Below are positions 12,870 to 24,078 of a stretch of 64,000 bases of DNA, piece after piece. Position 1 is the first letter of the stretch, and every line of letters starts with the position of its first letter. The position numbers and the translations under genes are program-made. The notes below the pieces were generated by a model that saw only the letters and a list, made by a program, of their open reading frames with translations, was not told where the DNA came from and did not search any database. Source of the DNA: Felis catus (taxonomy: Eukaryota); NCBI RefSeq assembly GCF_018350175.1, contig NC_058368.1, forward strand, positions 173,788,001-173,852,000. The letters run 5' to 3'.

Positions 12870-13700
12870 CAGCTGTGGCCCCGCCCCTAACTCGCGGTGC
12901 GGCTGAAGTTGTGCGGCCTTCTGGACCGTGGACTACAGTTCCCAGCATGCCCCGAGGGCCTCTCGGGCCAAGTCTCGCGTGATGTGACGAGACCTCGGAA
13001 GGCTTTACAGGAAGGCTGCCGGTCGCTGCCGGCCAGTGCTCCTTGGTTGGTGCCTGAGGCTTTCGGTGTCTCCACAGGCACAACGCTGCTCGCACCATGG
13101 CTTGGGTCCCGAATGCACCACAGCGTCTCGTGAGACAAGGGTCCTCGGAGCCTCTTTAGTGCCGGAGCTCTGGCCGCAGGCAGCCCCGCGGCGGCGGAAG
13201 AACAGGTAACCAGACGGCCCAGGCCTGGCCCTCCTTGGGGCTGTGTCCTGCGGGCATACGGAGGGGCGTGCCTGTGGCCCCTCCACCGAGGCGCTGGCAG
13301 AGGGCCTCTCCGTGGCTCGCCCTTGTACCCTACCCAGGGTCAGAGCTCGGCCCCACAGCCCCTAGCTTCTCTTGCCCCGCCTTCTGGGAGGGTTGTCTAG
13401 TGGGACGTCTGTCTGATGATCCCCCTGCATCCCCGCACCAGGCCTGGTCTCTGCTTCCTCAGACTGGCCTAGCCCGGGAACCCCACTCCTAGCCCTCACC
13501 CCATGTTTCTGCCTTGCCCTGCCGTCGGGGAACCTTCGGCTTGTGCCAGGCCGCGGCCTTAATCTCCTTTTTCTTAGACTCGCGGGGTGGGAGGGGGGTT
13601 GGGTCAGACCTGGCCTTTCCAATCCTTGTGGCTTTGTTCTGTATCCTGTGCAGGAGCAGCGTGAACTCTGCGGGGGAGTGCGAATGGGGAAAGGGAAGGG
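12870..13700 (+). promoter_or_regulatory. CpG-island promoter of KIAA1191
   Basis: The only CpG-dense region in the window. GC box GGCCCCGCCCC 12877-12887; ZNF143/SBS motif ACTACAGTTCCCAGCATGC 12932-12950; TCTCGCGAGA-like motifs 12973-12982 and 13126-13135; ETS-like GGAAG cores. Confidence 0.88.
12980..13205 (+). other. KIAA1191: KIAA1191 exon 1 (5'UTR; start approximate)
   Basis: Strong donor AACAG|gtaacc at 13205/13206 inside the CpG island; TSS inferred. Confidence 0.7.
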
Positions 13701-13889
13701 GAAGGGGAAGTGGAAGGGGCTGTATATGGGTCGGAATGCTTCCTGGACCCGGAGGATGCTGAACTTTGGTTTCTGCGATGTTTTTTAATGAAGAACTAAC
13801 TAGTTTGTCCTCTGAGCTTTCAGGATAGAGGGTCAGTGCAGCAAGTTGAAAAGCAAATAACTTGGCTTTTTGAGGGCTTTTTAAAAAAT

Positions 13890-13905
13890 ATTTTTTTTAA
13901 TGTTT

Positions 13906-13948
<43 letters not shown>

Positions 13949-14117
13949 CGCGCAAGCAGTGGAGGGGCGGAGAGAGAGGGAGACACAGAGCCTGAAGCAA
14001 GCGTCAGGCTCTGAGCTGTCAGCACAGAACCCCAGGAGGGCCTGGAACTCGAGAGCTGTGAGATCTTGAACTGAGCTGAAGTCATATGCTTAACCAACTG
14101 AGCCACTCAGGTGCCCC
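13890..14117 (-). mobile_element. CAN-SINE with (GA)n expansion, intron 1
   Basis: SINE consensus on the reverse strand. Confidence 0.9.
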
Positions 14118-14511
14118 CAAGGGCTGTTTTAATTCCCCTGTAAAATGGGGGTGAAACTATCAGCCTTGCAGATGGGCCACTTATCTGTGACAGTGGACAA
14201 ATCACATATATACATCTCCTGAGTTTTAGTTTCCTTCTTTTAAAATTATAGGGGATAGAAAGTGCCCACTTTGCAGAGTAGAAAATGCTTATGAATAGAA
14301 TGTTAATGCTGGCAACAAAGAATGAGTTTAACCATTATGGTAAATAGCTCCTTGCTGTGGGTTAAGTTGTATGGACCCTGGGTCCTAACTTACTTAAAAA
14401 TGAAATGTTTATAATCACTGTTGCGAGGTTGTGGGGAATACATGAATGTATAGGAAGGTGTTTGGCAGACTCTGAAGGGCTCTACCAATGCTGGTTGTTT
14501 GTTATTCGTAG

Positions 14512-14624
14512 AACCTCTGAAATGGATGGACTCTTCCCAAGCAGCTTTGCTAATTCACAGCAGCTGGACAATGTTCCTCATTAATACCTGTCTGTCAGCA
14601 TAATCGTCACATCATTTCACTCTG
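14512..14624 (+). other. KIAA1191: Probable KIAA1191 exon 2 (5'UTR, 113 nt)
   Basis: Acceptor ttgtttgttattcgtag| and donor CTG|gtaagg; fits the recalled nine-exon human structure. Confidence 0.6.
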
Positions 14625-14965
14625 GTAAGGTGACCTTTTCACCACCTGTTAGTGTCTTTGTCATATCACAGGTGTTAAGATCAGCCATGAGTGTGGTGAG
14701 ACCTTTGACTTGATCCTTTTTTTTTTTTTTAAGTCATCTTTGGCATGTTTGTATGTTTGTCACCCACCCATTGGCTCTTCAGCCAAGGTTGAAGTGTGCT
14801 TCAACCTTGTGAACAAGCTGTAAAACTGTGTGCCTGTCAGAAGAACAGGATTGGAGCTATTCTTTCGTGTTCACTGTAAGAAAATGCCCTTTGTTATTTT
14901 TATTAGGTGGCAGGCACTCAGCTCCGAATTCTATATAGAAAAAGCACCTGGATCCCAGTCTTTCA

Positions 14966-14993
14966 ATGGCTTCGAGACAACCAGAAGTGCCTG
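14966..14993 (+). CDS. KIAA1191: KIAA1191/p33MONOX coding exon 1 (exon starts 14907): MASRQPEVP
   Basis: Acceptor tttttattag|14907; ATG 14966; donor CTG|gtaaac; matches the recalled N-terminus. Confidence 0.92.
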
Positions 14994-16849
14994 GTAAACT
15001 TAATTCTTTTTGATAAAGTTTTGTTGTGCCCTTAATGTTTTAAGCTAGATAGAAACCAATTTTTTTCTCAACCATATATTAATGGTTACTTTCTGCCTCC
15101 AGGCAAGTATGTAAACTTAATAGATTGGCATCATTTAAATATTATCTTGGTAACTACCCACCCAGGGTACAAACCCAAACCCTCACTCATAGGCGTACAG
15201 TCATTTCACTTAAGCATATACCAAATTTGTCACTTTTCTACAGATATCAAATAAGAATTCAGAATAAGTTGTGTAGTTCTAATAGTATGTATCAAAAATG
15301 ACTGTACCTATCCGCCTTTTTTGAGGGGATGGGGGTGGGCAGAATGGAGGTCTGGGCAAAAAGGCACCAGCCTGATTTAAAGGCAGATTAAATTTAGGCA
15401 GTCGTGAAAACCCTCACAGCAACATCTAATGAGTCCTGGGCCTGTGTAGGGCAGTACCTTCTGGGTTACTAAAGTCATTGATCCCTTCTAGGACTGTTTT
15501 AGTGGGAAGGACCAGTGATTTTTCATCAGATCTGAATCCCTCAAATTTTGATTCTCAGTAAAGAGATACTGCCTGTCTTTCAAGGTTGCTGTGAAGATTA
15601 AATATAACATATGTGAAAATGTGAGTTAAAAAATTAGTGATGAATATACATGTACTGCTCAATTTTTTGGTCTCTATCTGTAGGAATATATTTCCTAATA
15701 AATTTTAGCTGACTTAGTATTATTTTTAGAAGGGCTGTTGGGATGGCTGCTAAGAGGGGTCTTTAAGATACTTTGAAATTGCTCCCAAATTAGGTGGATT
15801 ATTAGGAGTCTCCCCCACGTCTCTCGATGTGGATCTGTCTCTGGTCTCTAACATCATCAGTTTGCATTATAGTTTGTCTTTCATCATTGTTGTGATCACA
15901 TAAATTCCCTGTAACCATCTGGGCTATAGGGTTGCACTGATTAGGTTAAAGTTTGAGTGTGGGGAGGATGGAGTGTTGCACATAGAGTGTGAGCACTGGC
16001 TTAGATCTATGATGCAGTCCCCACCTTGCTACCTGGGTGTCACTTAAGTTCAATGCCTCAGTTTCCTGAGCTGGAAAATGGGAAGAATATCTGCTTAATG
16101 AGCATTAGGTAAGATGAGGGATGTAACTGCTCAGCAAGGAACGGTATTTGGTAATTATTTGCTTGTGTGTTTGTTTTAATTGAGTTAATTCACGTGCCGT
16201 AAAATTCCCAAAGTGAACAGTTTAGTGGTGATTAGTATATTCCCATGGTTGTGCAACCATCCCCACCATTTAATTCCCGAGCGTTTCACCACCCCAAAAA
16301 GAAAACCTTGTACCCATTAGCAATCACTTCTCATCTGTTTCATCCCAGTCCCTGGCAACCATTGATTCTTTATTTCTGTGGATTTGTTAGTAATTATTAT
16401 TAATGTTAATAATAATGGTAGCTGCTTGTTCCCCTTGCTGTTTAAATGAAGTGTCTTTGCTGGTTTGGGACTTCCTGCCATTGAAGTTGATGTCTTAGAG
16501 AGTTATGATATAATTTTAAGCAGGAAAATGTCATGCTGAAGGTAGGATCTGGACATCAGTTCTGCAGTGAAAGGATTAGCAAACAAACAAAATGAACTTT
16601 GCTCCCTGGTCTGGCAGAACTGAGAGTGCCCTTGAAGTAGGGTGCCTGTGTCACAGTGGGACATTCCTTCCGCCAGTGAGTTCAGTGGACAGGAATGGCA
16701 GGATCAGCCGGCAGTGCTTTATGAGAGTGGTTGTCAACAATTTCTGTGATGGAAATTGGCTCTGCTGTTTAAATCACACAGACTGCTCAAAACTAGAGGT
16801 GACTCTGGACAGGAAATGCTTTAATTATATCTTTTTAAAAAATATTATA

Positions 16850-17050
16850 CTTTAATGTTTTATTTATTTATTTATTTACTTTGTGGGGCAGGGGGCGGGA
16901 GGCGGGAGCCAGAGAGCAAGGGGGACAGAGGATCCGAAGTGGTTCTGCTCTGACAGCAGTGAGCCCGATGTGGGGCGAGAACTCATGAAACGTGAGATCA
17001 TGACCTGAGCTGAAGTCAGATGCTTAACCAGCTGAGTCACCCAGGTGCCC
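16850..17050 (-). mobile_element. CAN-SINE
   Basis: SINE consensus on the reverse strand. Confidence 0.88.
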
Positions 17051-17621
17051 CTAATTATTTCTTATCATGGCACTCTTGTTTTCTTTGGTAGAGTAGGTAA
17101 AGAAGGCAGAAGATTTGCAGTTGTGCCCCAGCTGGCTACTTTCTGTATGAGCTTTGCCAAATCACTTTACCTGTCGGCCTTAGTTTCGTTATCTATAAAA
17201 TGGGAACAAGAACTGCATATCTTTAGTCCTACATGAGTTGAGAGCCTTGGCTTTGCCGTTGGGTGGCTTCTGTGGCATAAAGAACATAGCTTCGAAATCA
17301 GGCTTGGGTTTTGATTTGATTCCAAACTGTACTTTGAAGGTGTATGACCTTACTCAGGTAATTTTAAATTGAAGTTTGTTTTTCTGCTCCATAAAAATGG
17401 ATTAGAGCTTCTGGATGGGTAAAGTGGAGAATTCAAAGCATCAGGCATAAAGAAAGGATTTAGTACTATTACCTTTCCTTGAATGGATTAGCTATTCCAG
17501 AACAAGCTATTGCTCTGACCCAGAAGGAGAGTGTTTCAGAGCTTTCCTGCCTAAAGATTAATTTAAAGATACTAGTATGTTCAGCTGCTGAACTCATCCT
17601 GACAGGTATCTCTGTTCTTAG

Positions 17622-17800
17622 CTCTAGAGCCTAGTGGGCCTCTAGGCAAGATGTCCCTGCCCATCGGGATGTACCGCCGGGCATTCAGCTATGATGATGC
17701 CCTCGAGGACCCTACACCCATGACTCCTCCTCCATCGGACATGGGCAGCATCCCCTGGAAGCCAGTGATTCCAGAGCGCAAGTATCAGCACCTCGCCAAG
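17622..17800 (+). CDS. KIAA1191: KIAA1191 coding exon 2: ALEPSGPLGKMSLPIGMYRRAFSYDDALED...RKYQHLAK
   Basis: tctgttcttag| acceptor, AAG|gtatct donor, 179 nt keeps frame. Confidence 0.96.
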
Positions 17801-19809
17801 GTATCTGACTCCGCTGACTGCTTCTGGCAAGCCCAACCTTTTCGTTTTCCTTCGTCTGCTCCAGAAGCCTTCAGTGGCTCTTGGCACCCTTTGAATTGGG
17901 TAGCCCCCTGTATGTTCTCAGTGCCTCAGCCGGAGTTGGTGGGCCTTCTTTTTTTTATGAATTCAAACTAGAATGGCTGTGTCTTCTCTTACCTGAGACT
18001 CTGCTGTGTCATCTCCCCGCCCCGTGATCCGACCATGCAAATTATTTAAGATTTCTTGCACTTGATGGGTATCTTATGCCTCTAAGTCTTTGCATCACAC
18101 TGCTGGGATGTTTACAGTCCCTGTCCCGTTTACAGCCCCCGTCCTGTTCTCCCACCCCTCCTCCTACTTCAGCTGCACGATACATCTTAGCTCAGACATC
18201 TCTTCTGGGAGGGTTTTCCTCCATCCTGCTGCCCTTTGAGCTCTCTGATGTGCCCCTGTCATAAACTTTACGTGATTTTTATCACCTTCCATGAGGTTCT
18301 TGAGGGCAGGGGCCATGTCCAGTTTTATACTCCCATCTGCGGTATTTAGCAGAGGACCTGGCGTGAAGTAGATTTCCAAAAAAAGTTTTCATTGAGTGCT
18401 TAGGAGAAAAAATGGCTCTTTCCTGAACACATGCTGTGCTTTTCCTCATGCGGTTCCTCCTGCCTCAGATGCCTCTTCCCATCGCTATCCTCCGTAAAGG
18501 CGCCTCCTTCCTAAGGCCCACCTGTCACACACACACACACACACACGCGCACACATAACCCCACACACACCTCGTTGCACCTTGATCTGCTCTCCAGCCC
18601 TTTTGTGTAGTTTGGCTTCACAGGTTCTCACATGCTTGTTATAGACCTGTTTCCTGACTGCAGGGGCTGCGTCTCCCTCGCTTCTGACTCTCCAGCCATC
18701 AAGAACCCAAGAAAGGTGGTACTGTTGCCCGAATAAACTAGGCCTGCCAAGTTCACATGAGGCCATTTAACCTGCAGCTAGTTTCACTGAACTTTGAGCT
18801 GTGTGACAGCTCAGGGCCTGGCAGGAAGTGCACAGTACGCATCTGCTTAAGCAGACCTGGGTGTGAATCCCGTAAAGGTCTATGTACTAGCAATGACCTT
18901 GGGAACACAGCTTCATGCCCGAGTCACAGTGTCTTCATCTGAGAGATGAGAATACTTTATGTCATGGAGGTGTTGTGGGGGATCAAATCAAAGAAGATTA
19001 AGAGGCTTGACACGTTAGGTGTGTATCTGCTACTGTGACTCCTGGCTTAACTTTCCCTGGGTAGAGCTGTATTTGATCGTTCCTTTCCGATGAGGCCCCC
19101 AGCCCACCCCCTCCCACAGGAAGCTCTCAAAATAGGGAGCTCCGGTCTACAAAAGCATCCCCTGCAGCTCTGAGGGGAACTCCCTGGATCAGTTATCTAC
19201 TGAAATCTGACCCAGTCATTTGTGAAGGAGAAAACATTTAGTCTAGAAAGCACAAGAGCGCCAGGGGGAAAGGGCCTGGCAGCCTGGCCTCAAGGCCAGA
19301 GCAGCACACTCGGGGGACAAGGGCAGAAGATGGGTCTGGCTTCTGATGGTGCTTTGAAGGGCCACACCCTTTCCGTCCTAAAGGCTGCTGCTTACTCCAC
19401 TGGGCAAGGGATGGGCTCCCAGTTTTGTATCCTGCCCCAGCTGGAAAAGTTGACAGTTTGGAACAACTGTTCTCTCAAAAGAAAGCTTGATTTGACTCAT
19501 TACATGCATTCTCTCATTTGTCCTGACTCCCCGTGTCCAAACAGTCAACCACGCTCCAAGTGAGGAAGTAGAGGTCCCTTTTAGTCAAATAGGGTTACAG
19601 CTAAAAGCTAGAAACCCCATTTTGTAACAGGGATGCAGCATTTCAGTACTTTCTTCTGCTCTCCTTTTGGACCATCTTTCTCCTCAATTCTTTTGGAGAA
19701 GCAGAGAACAAAGAATAAACCCAGTTCTCTTCTTCCTGGTAGTCCTGAGCATGGTGTCTAGATTACAGAAGGTGGCATGTCTCAGCTTTCTCATGTTAAA
19801 GGTTAGGAG

Positions 19810-19813
19810 CTAT

Positions 19814-19852
<39 letters not shown>

Positions 19853-20012
19853 CTTTATTGTCAAGTTAGCTAACATACAGCATATACAGCGTACTCTTGG
19901 CTTTGGGAGTAGATTCCCATGATTCATCGCTTACATACAGCACTCAGTGCTCATTCCAACAAGTGCCCTCCTCAGTGCCCATCACCCATTTTCCCCAGCT
20001 CCCCCGTCCCCA
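19810..20012 (-). mobile_element. Short L1 3'-end fragment with (TTTA)n tail
   Basis: Carnivore L1 3' terminus motif (ttgtcaagttagctaacataca...agtgccctcctcagtgcccatcacc). Confidence 0.8.
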
Positions 20013-20050
20013 TTTTTGATTTGTTTTAAAGACCGTTACTTGAACCTTTA

Positions 20051-20490
20051 GAGCAGTGGGCATCAAACTGTGGTCCTGGGCGCTAGTGGCATTAGCATCA
20101 CCTGGGAATTTGTTAGAAACATGATTTTTTTTTAATGCTTATTTACTTTTTGAGAGAGAGACCCACACAGACAGAGACAGAGTGCAAGCAGGAGACAGGC
20201 AGAGAGAGAGAGAGGGAGACCCAGAATCCGAAGCAGGCTCTAGGCTCTGAGCTGTCAGCACTGGTGCAGGGCTCGAACTCATGAACCATGAGATCATGAC
20301 CTGAGCTGAAATCAAGACTTGGATGTTTAACCCGACTGAGCCACCCAGGCGCTCCAGAAACATGAATTCTTGAGAGCCCCCCCCATGCCTCTCCCCGGAC
20401 TCATTGAATCAGCTCTGGGGTGGGCCCAGCAATCTTTATTTAACAAGTTCTCCATGGGATTTTGATGCTCAGCAAAGTTTGAGAACCACC
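20051..20490. mobile_element. MER5A-like hAT-Charlie DNA transposon split by a CAN-SINE (20125-20355, - strand)
   Basis: cagtgg...gcattagcatcacctgggaatttgttagaaa...aaagtttgagaaccac; SINE TSD agaaacatga. Confidence 0.8.
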
Positions 20491-20650
20491 TAGCAAATGT
20501 AGTGATTAAACAAAAGCCAGCATAGTGACTGGGACATGGTCAGGGCTTAGTAATGTTTCTCCTGCATTCTTAGGGACACAATCGTATAGTATATTATACA
20601 GAGGCTGGGAAGGTAGAAGGCCTCAAGTCTTCAAATTCTGGCTTTCTCAC

Positions 20651-20859
20651 TTTTATTTATTTTTTTAAAAGTTTTTTTATTGAGAGAAAGCATGAGCATG
20701 CACAAGCAGGGGAGGGGCAGAGAGGGAGGGAGAGAGAGAATCCCGGTGGGCTCTGCGCGGTCAGTGCAAAGCCTGATGCATGGCTTGAACTCAGGGAACC
20801 GTGAGATTGTGACCCGAGCCAAAGTCAAGAGATGCTTAACTGAGCCACCCAGGCTCCCC
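20651..20859 (-). mobile_element. CAN-SINE
   Basis: SINE consensus; TSD-like gctttc(t/c)cactttt. Confidence 0.88.
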
Positions 20860-21081
20860 CAGCTTTCCCACTTTTATAAATTCAGACTATTCATATAATG
20901 TCTTTGTGTGTTTTCACTGTGGATAATACATACGTAATTGGGTGGAGATAACCAACCCCCTTTCAGATATTTCCTTACCTGTCAGGTGAAAGGTATTTGG
21001 GTAACTTCTTCCCCAAAGGAGTAAGTTTAGGTATGTGACTCCCCTGCCCTGCTCAAGCTCCTCCTTACCTTTCTTGAACAG

Positions 21082-21208
21082 GCGGAGGAAGGGGAGGCCA
21101 GTGTCTCCTCCCCTGCCATGACCATGTCATCGGCCACTGACAGTGTGGACAAGGCCCCTGTGGTGAAGGCTAAAGCTACTCATGTCATCATGAATTCTCT
21201 GATCACAA
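21082..21208 (+). CDS. KIAA1191: KIAA1191 coding exon 3: AEEGEASVSSPAMTMSSATDSVDKAPVVKAKATHVIMNSLIT
   Basis: ttcttgaacag| acceptor, CAA|gtaagc donor, 127 nt. Confidence 0.96.
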
Positions 21209-23341
21209 GTAAGCACTTTTCATCCTCAGAATAGAATGAAGTAGGGGCGGGGAGAGTTTGGGCTTCCTACAAGCTAGCTGTGGGGGATACTGCAAACTCC
21301 CATGCCTTAGCATGGCATGTCCTGACCGTGCCTGGCCCTCGTCAGCTTGGCTGCTGAGGCGTCGGTACTGACGATCATTTAAATGGAAGGTTTGCCAAAT
21401 ATTGAGCATCTCAGTTGATTTGGGTGCGTCCCTGCTGATCTGCTGATGCAATCTGATTTTCCCATATCCATTAGTGTGGCGTCGGGCCAGTTAGTTAACT
21501 CTTGAGACTGTTTCCCTCTCCGTGAAATGAGGCAGCTGGTTGGTGGGCTGAGGGGAGGTGTAGCTGGCCCCAGTGCTCAGTGGCTGGGAGCTGCTGCTGC
21601 TGTGGCTGTCTCAGGCCGTCTTGGAGATGGTGACACGCTGAGGCATCTCCCACCTGCCCTGCGCTACTACTGCTGCTTGTTTTTAATTGAGAGGCTCAAA
21701 GTTGTTTCTCTTCCTGGACCTGAGGCAAGTTTGGTGCCTCAGACATCTTTATCGTCTTAGGAATGTGTGGTTTGTGGGTCTAATGAGACCAGAAATGAGA
21801 GCTAGCTTTTTTTTTTCTTTCCCTTTTAAAACCTTGTAACAAATTAACTAAACTTTTGGTTCTGAGGGCCCTTCTAGTTGCTGTGGGAAGTTAATTAACA
21901 TCTCTTAGATCCCCAGCTCTGCTGGTCAGCAGCGGCTCTGCGGAGCACCCAGAGCTCCTTGGTTGGCTCCGCTTTGAAGTTGGAAGCTTTTGTTTACCTG
22001 CTCCAGGAGGGCATCCGCTTGTCTCGGGCAGTTCTTGGAGAATTCACCTAAGAACCCAAAGTCCAAACTCCTCCTTGGACTTTTTTTTTTATTCCTACAT
22101 AAAGGCACTGTTTGAATCAGCAACTACCACTTGTATTTTGCCAGCCTGAGAAGGTATCGTGGCAGGCGTTAGAAAAGCTTAGGCATTGTCTTAGCACAGT
22201 ATTAACTTCTTTATTGATGATCCCATTTCTCACCAGTGCAGAATGTTGTTAACAGCCCAGTGTGCTCCTGTCACTCAGATACTTGTTTGGTTTAGTCACT
22301 TCCACTTTTGAGCAAGTTTTTATGTAATCACAGGTATAGACATAACATTCTGTTTTGCCCAACTAATAATGCCATGAACTTTGCTGTTGTTCTAGTCTTA
22401 AGTTTAAAAAAAGCAACAAAAACCCTCTGCATTTAAAATCCTGGTGTTAGTGAACTGTAATTCATTAAATCCTTTCCTGCTTTTAAAATTTTCAGGTGGC
22501 CACCTGGCAAAATTGGAAAACATTTTTATGCATTTGTTTTCCTTTTGCTTCTGTTTCTGATGATAATAAAATAGTTCCTTAGAAGGGGAATGGCTAACTC
22601 ATAAAGGACATCTGGTGTCTAGGCTTTTGGTCCCCAGCTGCCACATTCCTGTATGAAGGGGTGTGTTTTGTAGTGTGTGTCCAGATGAAGCAAAAATGCA
22701 GCTGTCAGTCATACCGCAGATTAACTGACTTACTGATGAGATAAACGGGTCAGACTGACCTAACACTGAGTCTGCCTGTGTCTTCTGCCGGGCACCGTGA
22801 TGGCTGATCTCACACTTGAGACACGTGGGATCAGCAGACCTTGGCTAGGTCAAAGCATGTTCTCTGTGGTTTGGATCTACTTGGGACCTTGCTGCCACCT
22901 GGCCTAAATGCGGCCTGTTTCTCTTTGGTAGAGGTCTCTGTGGGAGTAACGAGGGTGGGGAGTCTGGGGAAGCTCCACGCTTGGAGAACTTGCACCACTT
23001 CTGAATGTCACCTGCCTTCTCCATGTTGCATTTCTAAACACAAAAAAACCCGTCAGTGCACAAATAAAGGAAGGTAAGGAGTGTTTCCCTGCAGGTGATC
23101 CGGCCGTCCCTTTAGGAGTAACCTATTTTAGTTTGGTGTGAGGGAAGGCTTCCTTCTGGTTAGAGAACTTTTGTATGAGGTTCATCATTGCTGCTGTGAT
23201 GCCCGTCTGGGGGACCCCTCCTCCTCAGATGGTCAGTGTGGTCTCTTGCTTCTGGGGAGAACAGCGGACATCTGTGTAGATCTCCCCCAGTTTGTGGTGG
23301 GAGAGGGGGATGGGCATGACCATCATCTCCTCTGTTCCCAG

Positions 23342-23466
23342 AACAGACCCAGGAGAGCATTCAGCGTTTTGAGCAACAGGCAGGGCTGAGAGATGCTGGC
23401 TACACACCCCACAAGGGCCTTACCACCGAGGAGACCAAGTACCTGCGAGTGGCAGAAGCACTCCAC
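23342..23466 (+). CDS. KIAA1191: KIAA1191 coding exon 4: KQTQESIQRFEQQAGLRDAGYTPHKGLTTEETKYLRVAEALH
   Basis: tctgttcccag| acceptor, CAC|gtaagc donor, 125 nt. Confidence 0.96.
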
Positions 23467-23884
23467 GTAAGCTCGTCTCTTAGGAACGTTAAGAAAGCCC
23501 TCCTCACTCATAGCTCGAGATGTGGCTGTGTGGCTTACAAGTTACCAGCGCAGCCAGCCGGGGGTTGTGGAGAGCAGTGGACAGAATTGGGTGAGCGTTT
23601 CAGAACTGGTTTAGTCCCACCCGTGGTGGCACTTTCTGGTTGAGAGCTCCAGAACTCTCAGCCTCTGGTTTCTGCTTATCCATCTGTAAAGTGGGGGTAT
23701 CTGCCTTGTTGCCTTCTGGTCAGGGGGATCAGATGAGACTCTGAGCTTACACACATGATGTGTGTGAGCACGTTATGAACAATGGAGCGGGTACTTTGTG
23801 TACCAGAGTGACACTTTGAGGGAGAGAAGAGAATCGGACAGTCTCAACAGTTTAGCGGGAAAGGAACGTTATGCTCTATGTTTA

Positions 23885-24078
23885 ATTTATTTTTAAAATT
23901 TTATTTATTTTGAGAGAGACAGTGAGTATGAGCGAGAGGCAGAGAGAAAGAATCCCAATTAGGCTCTGCACTGTCAGCACGGAGCCCGATGTGGGGCTCA
24001 AACCCAGAAACTGAAATCATGACCTGAGCTGAAATCAAGAGTCAGACACTTAACCGACTGAGTCATCCAGGCTCCCCT
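23885..24078 (-). mobile_element. CAN-SINE
   Basis: SINE consensus on the reverse strand. Confidence 0.88.

Noticed and set aside
12736..13788. Cluster of overlapping 80-120 aa ORFs on both strands
   Set aside because: Expected by-product of the GC-rich CpG island; no recognisable protein
17651..17971. 106-aa single-exon ORF
   Set aside because: It is a KIAA1191 exon read past the donor at 17800 into intron
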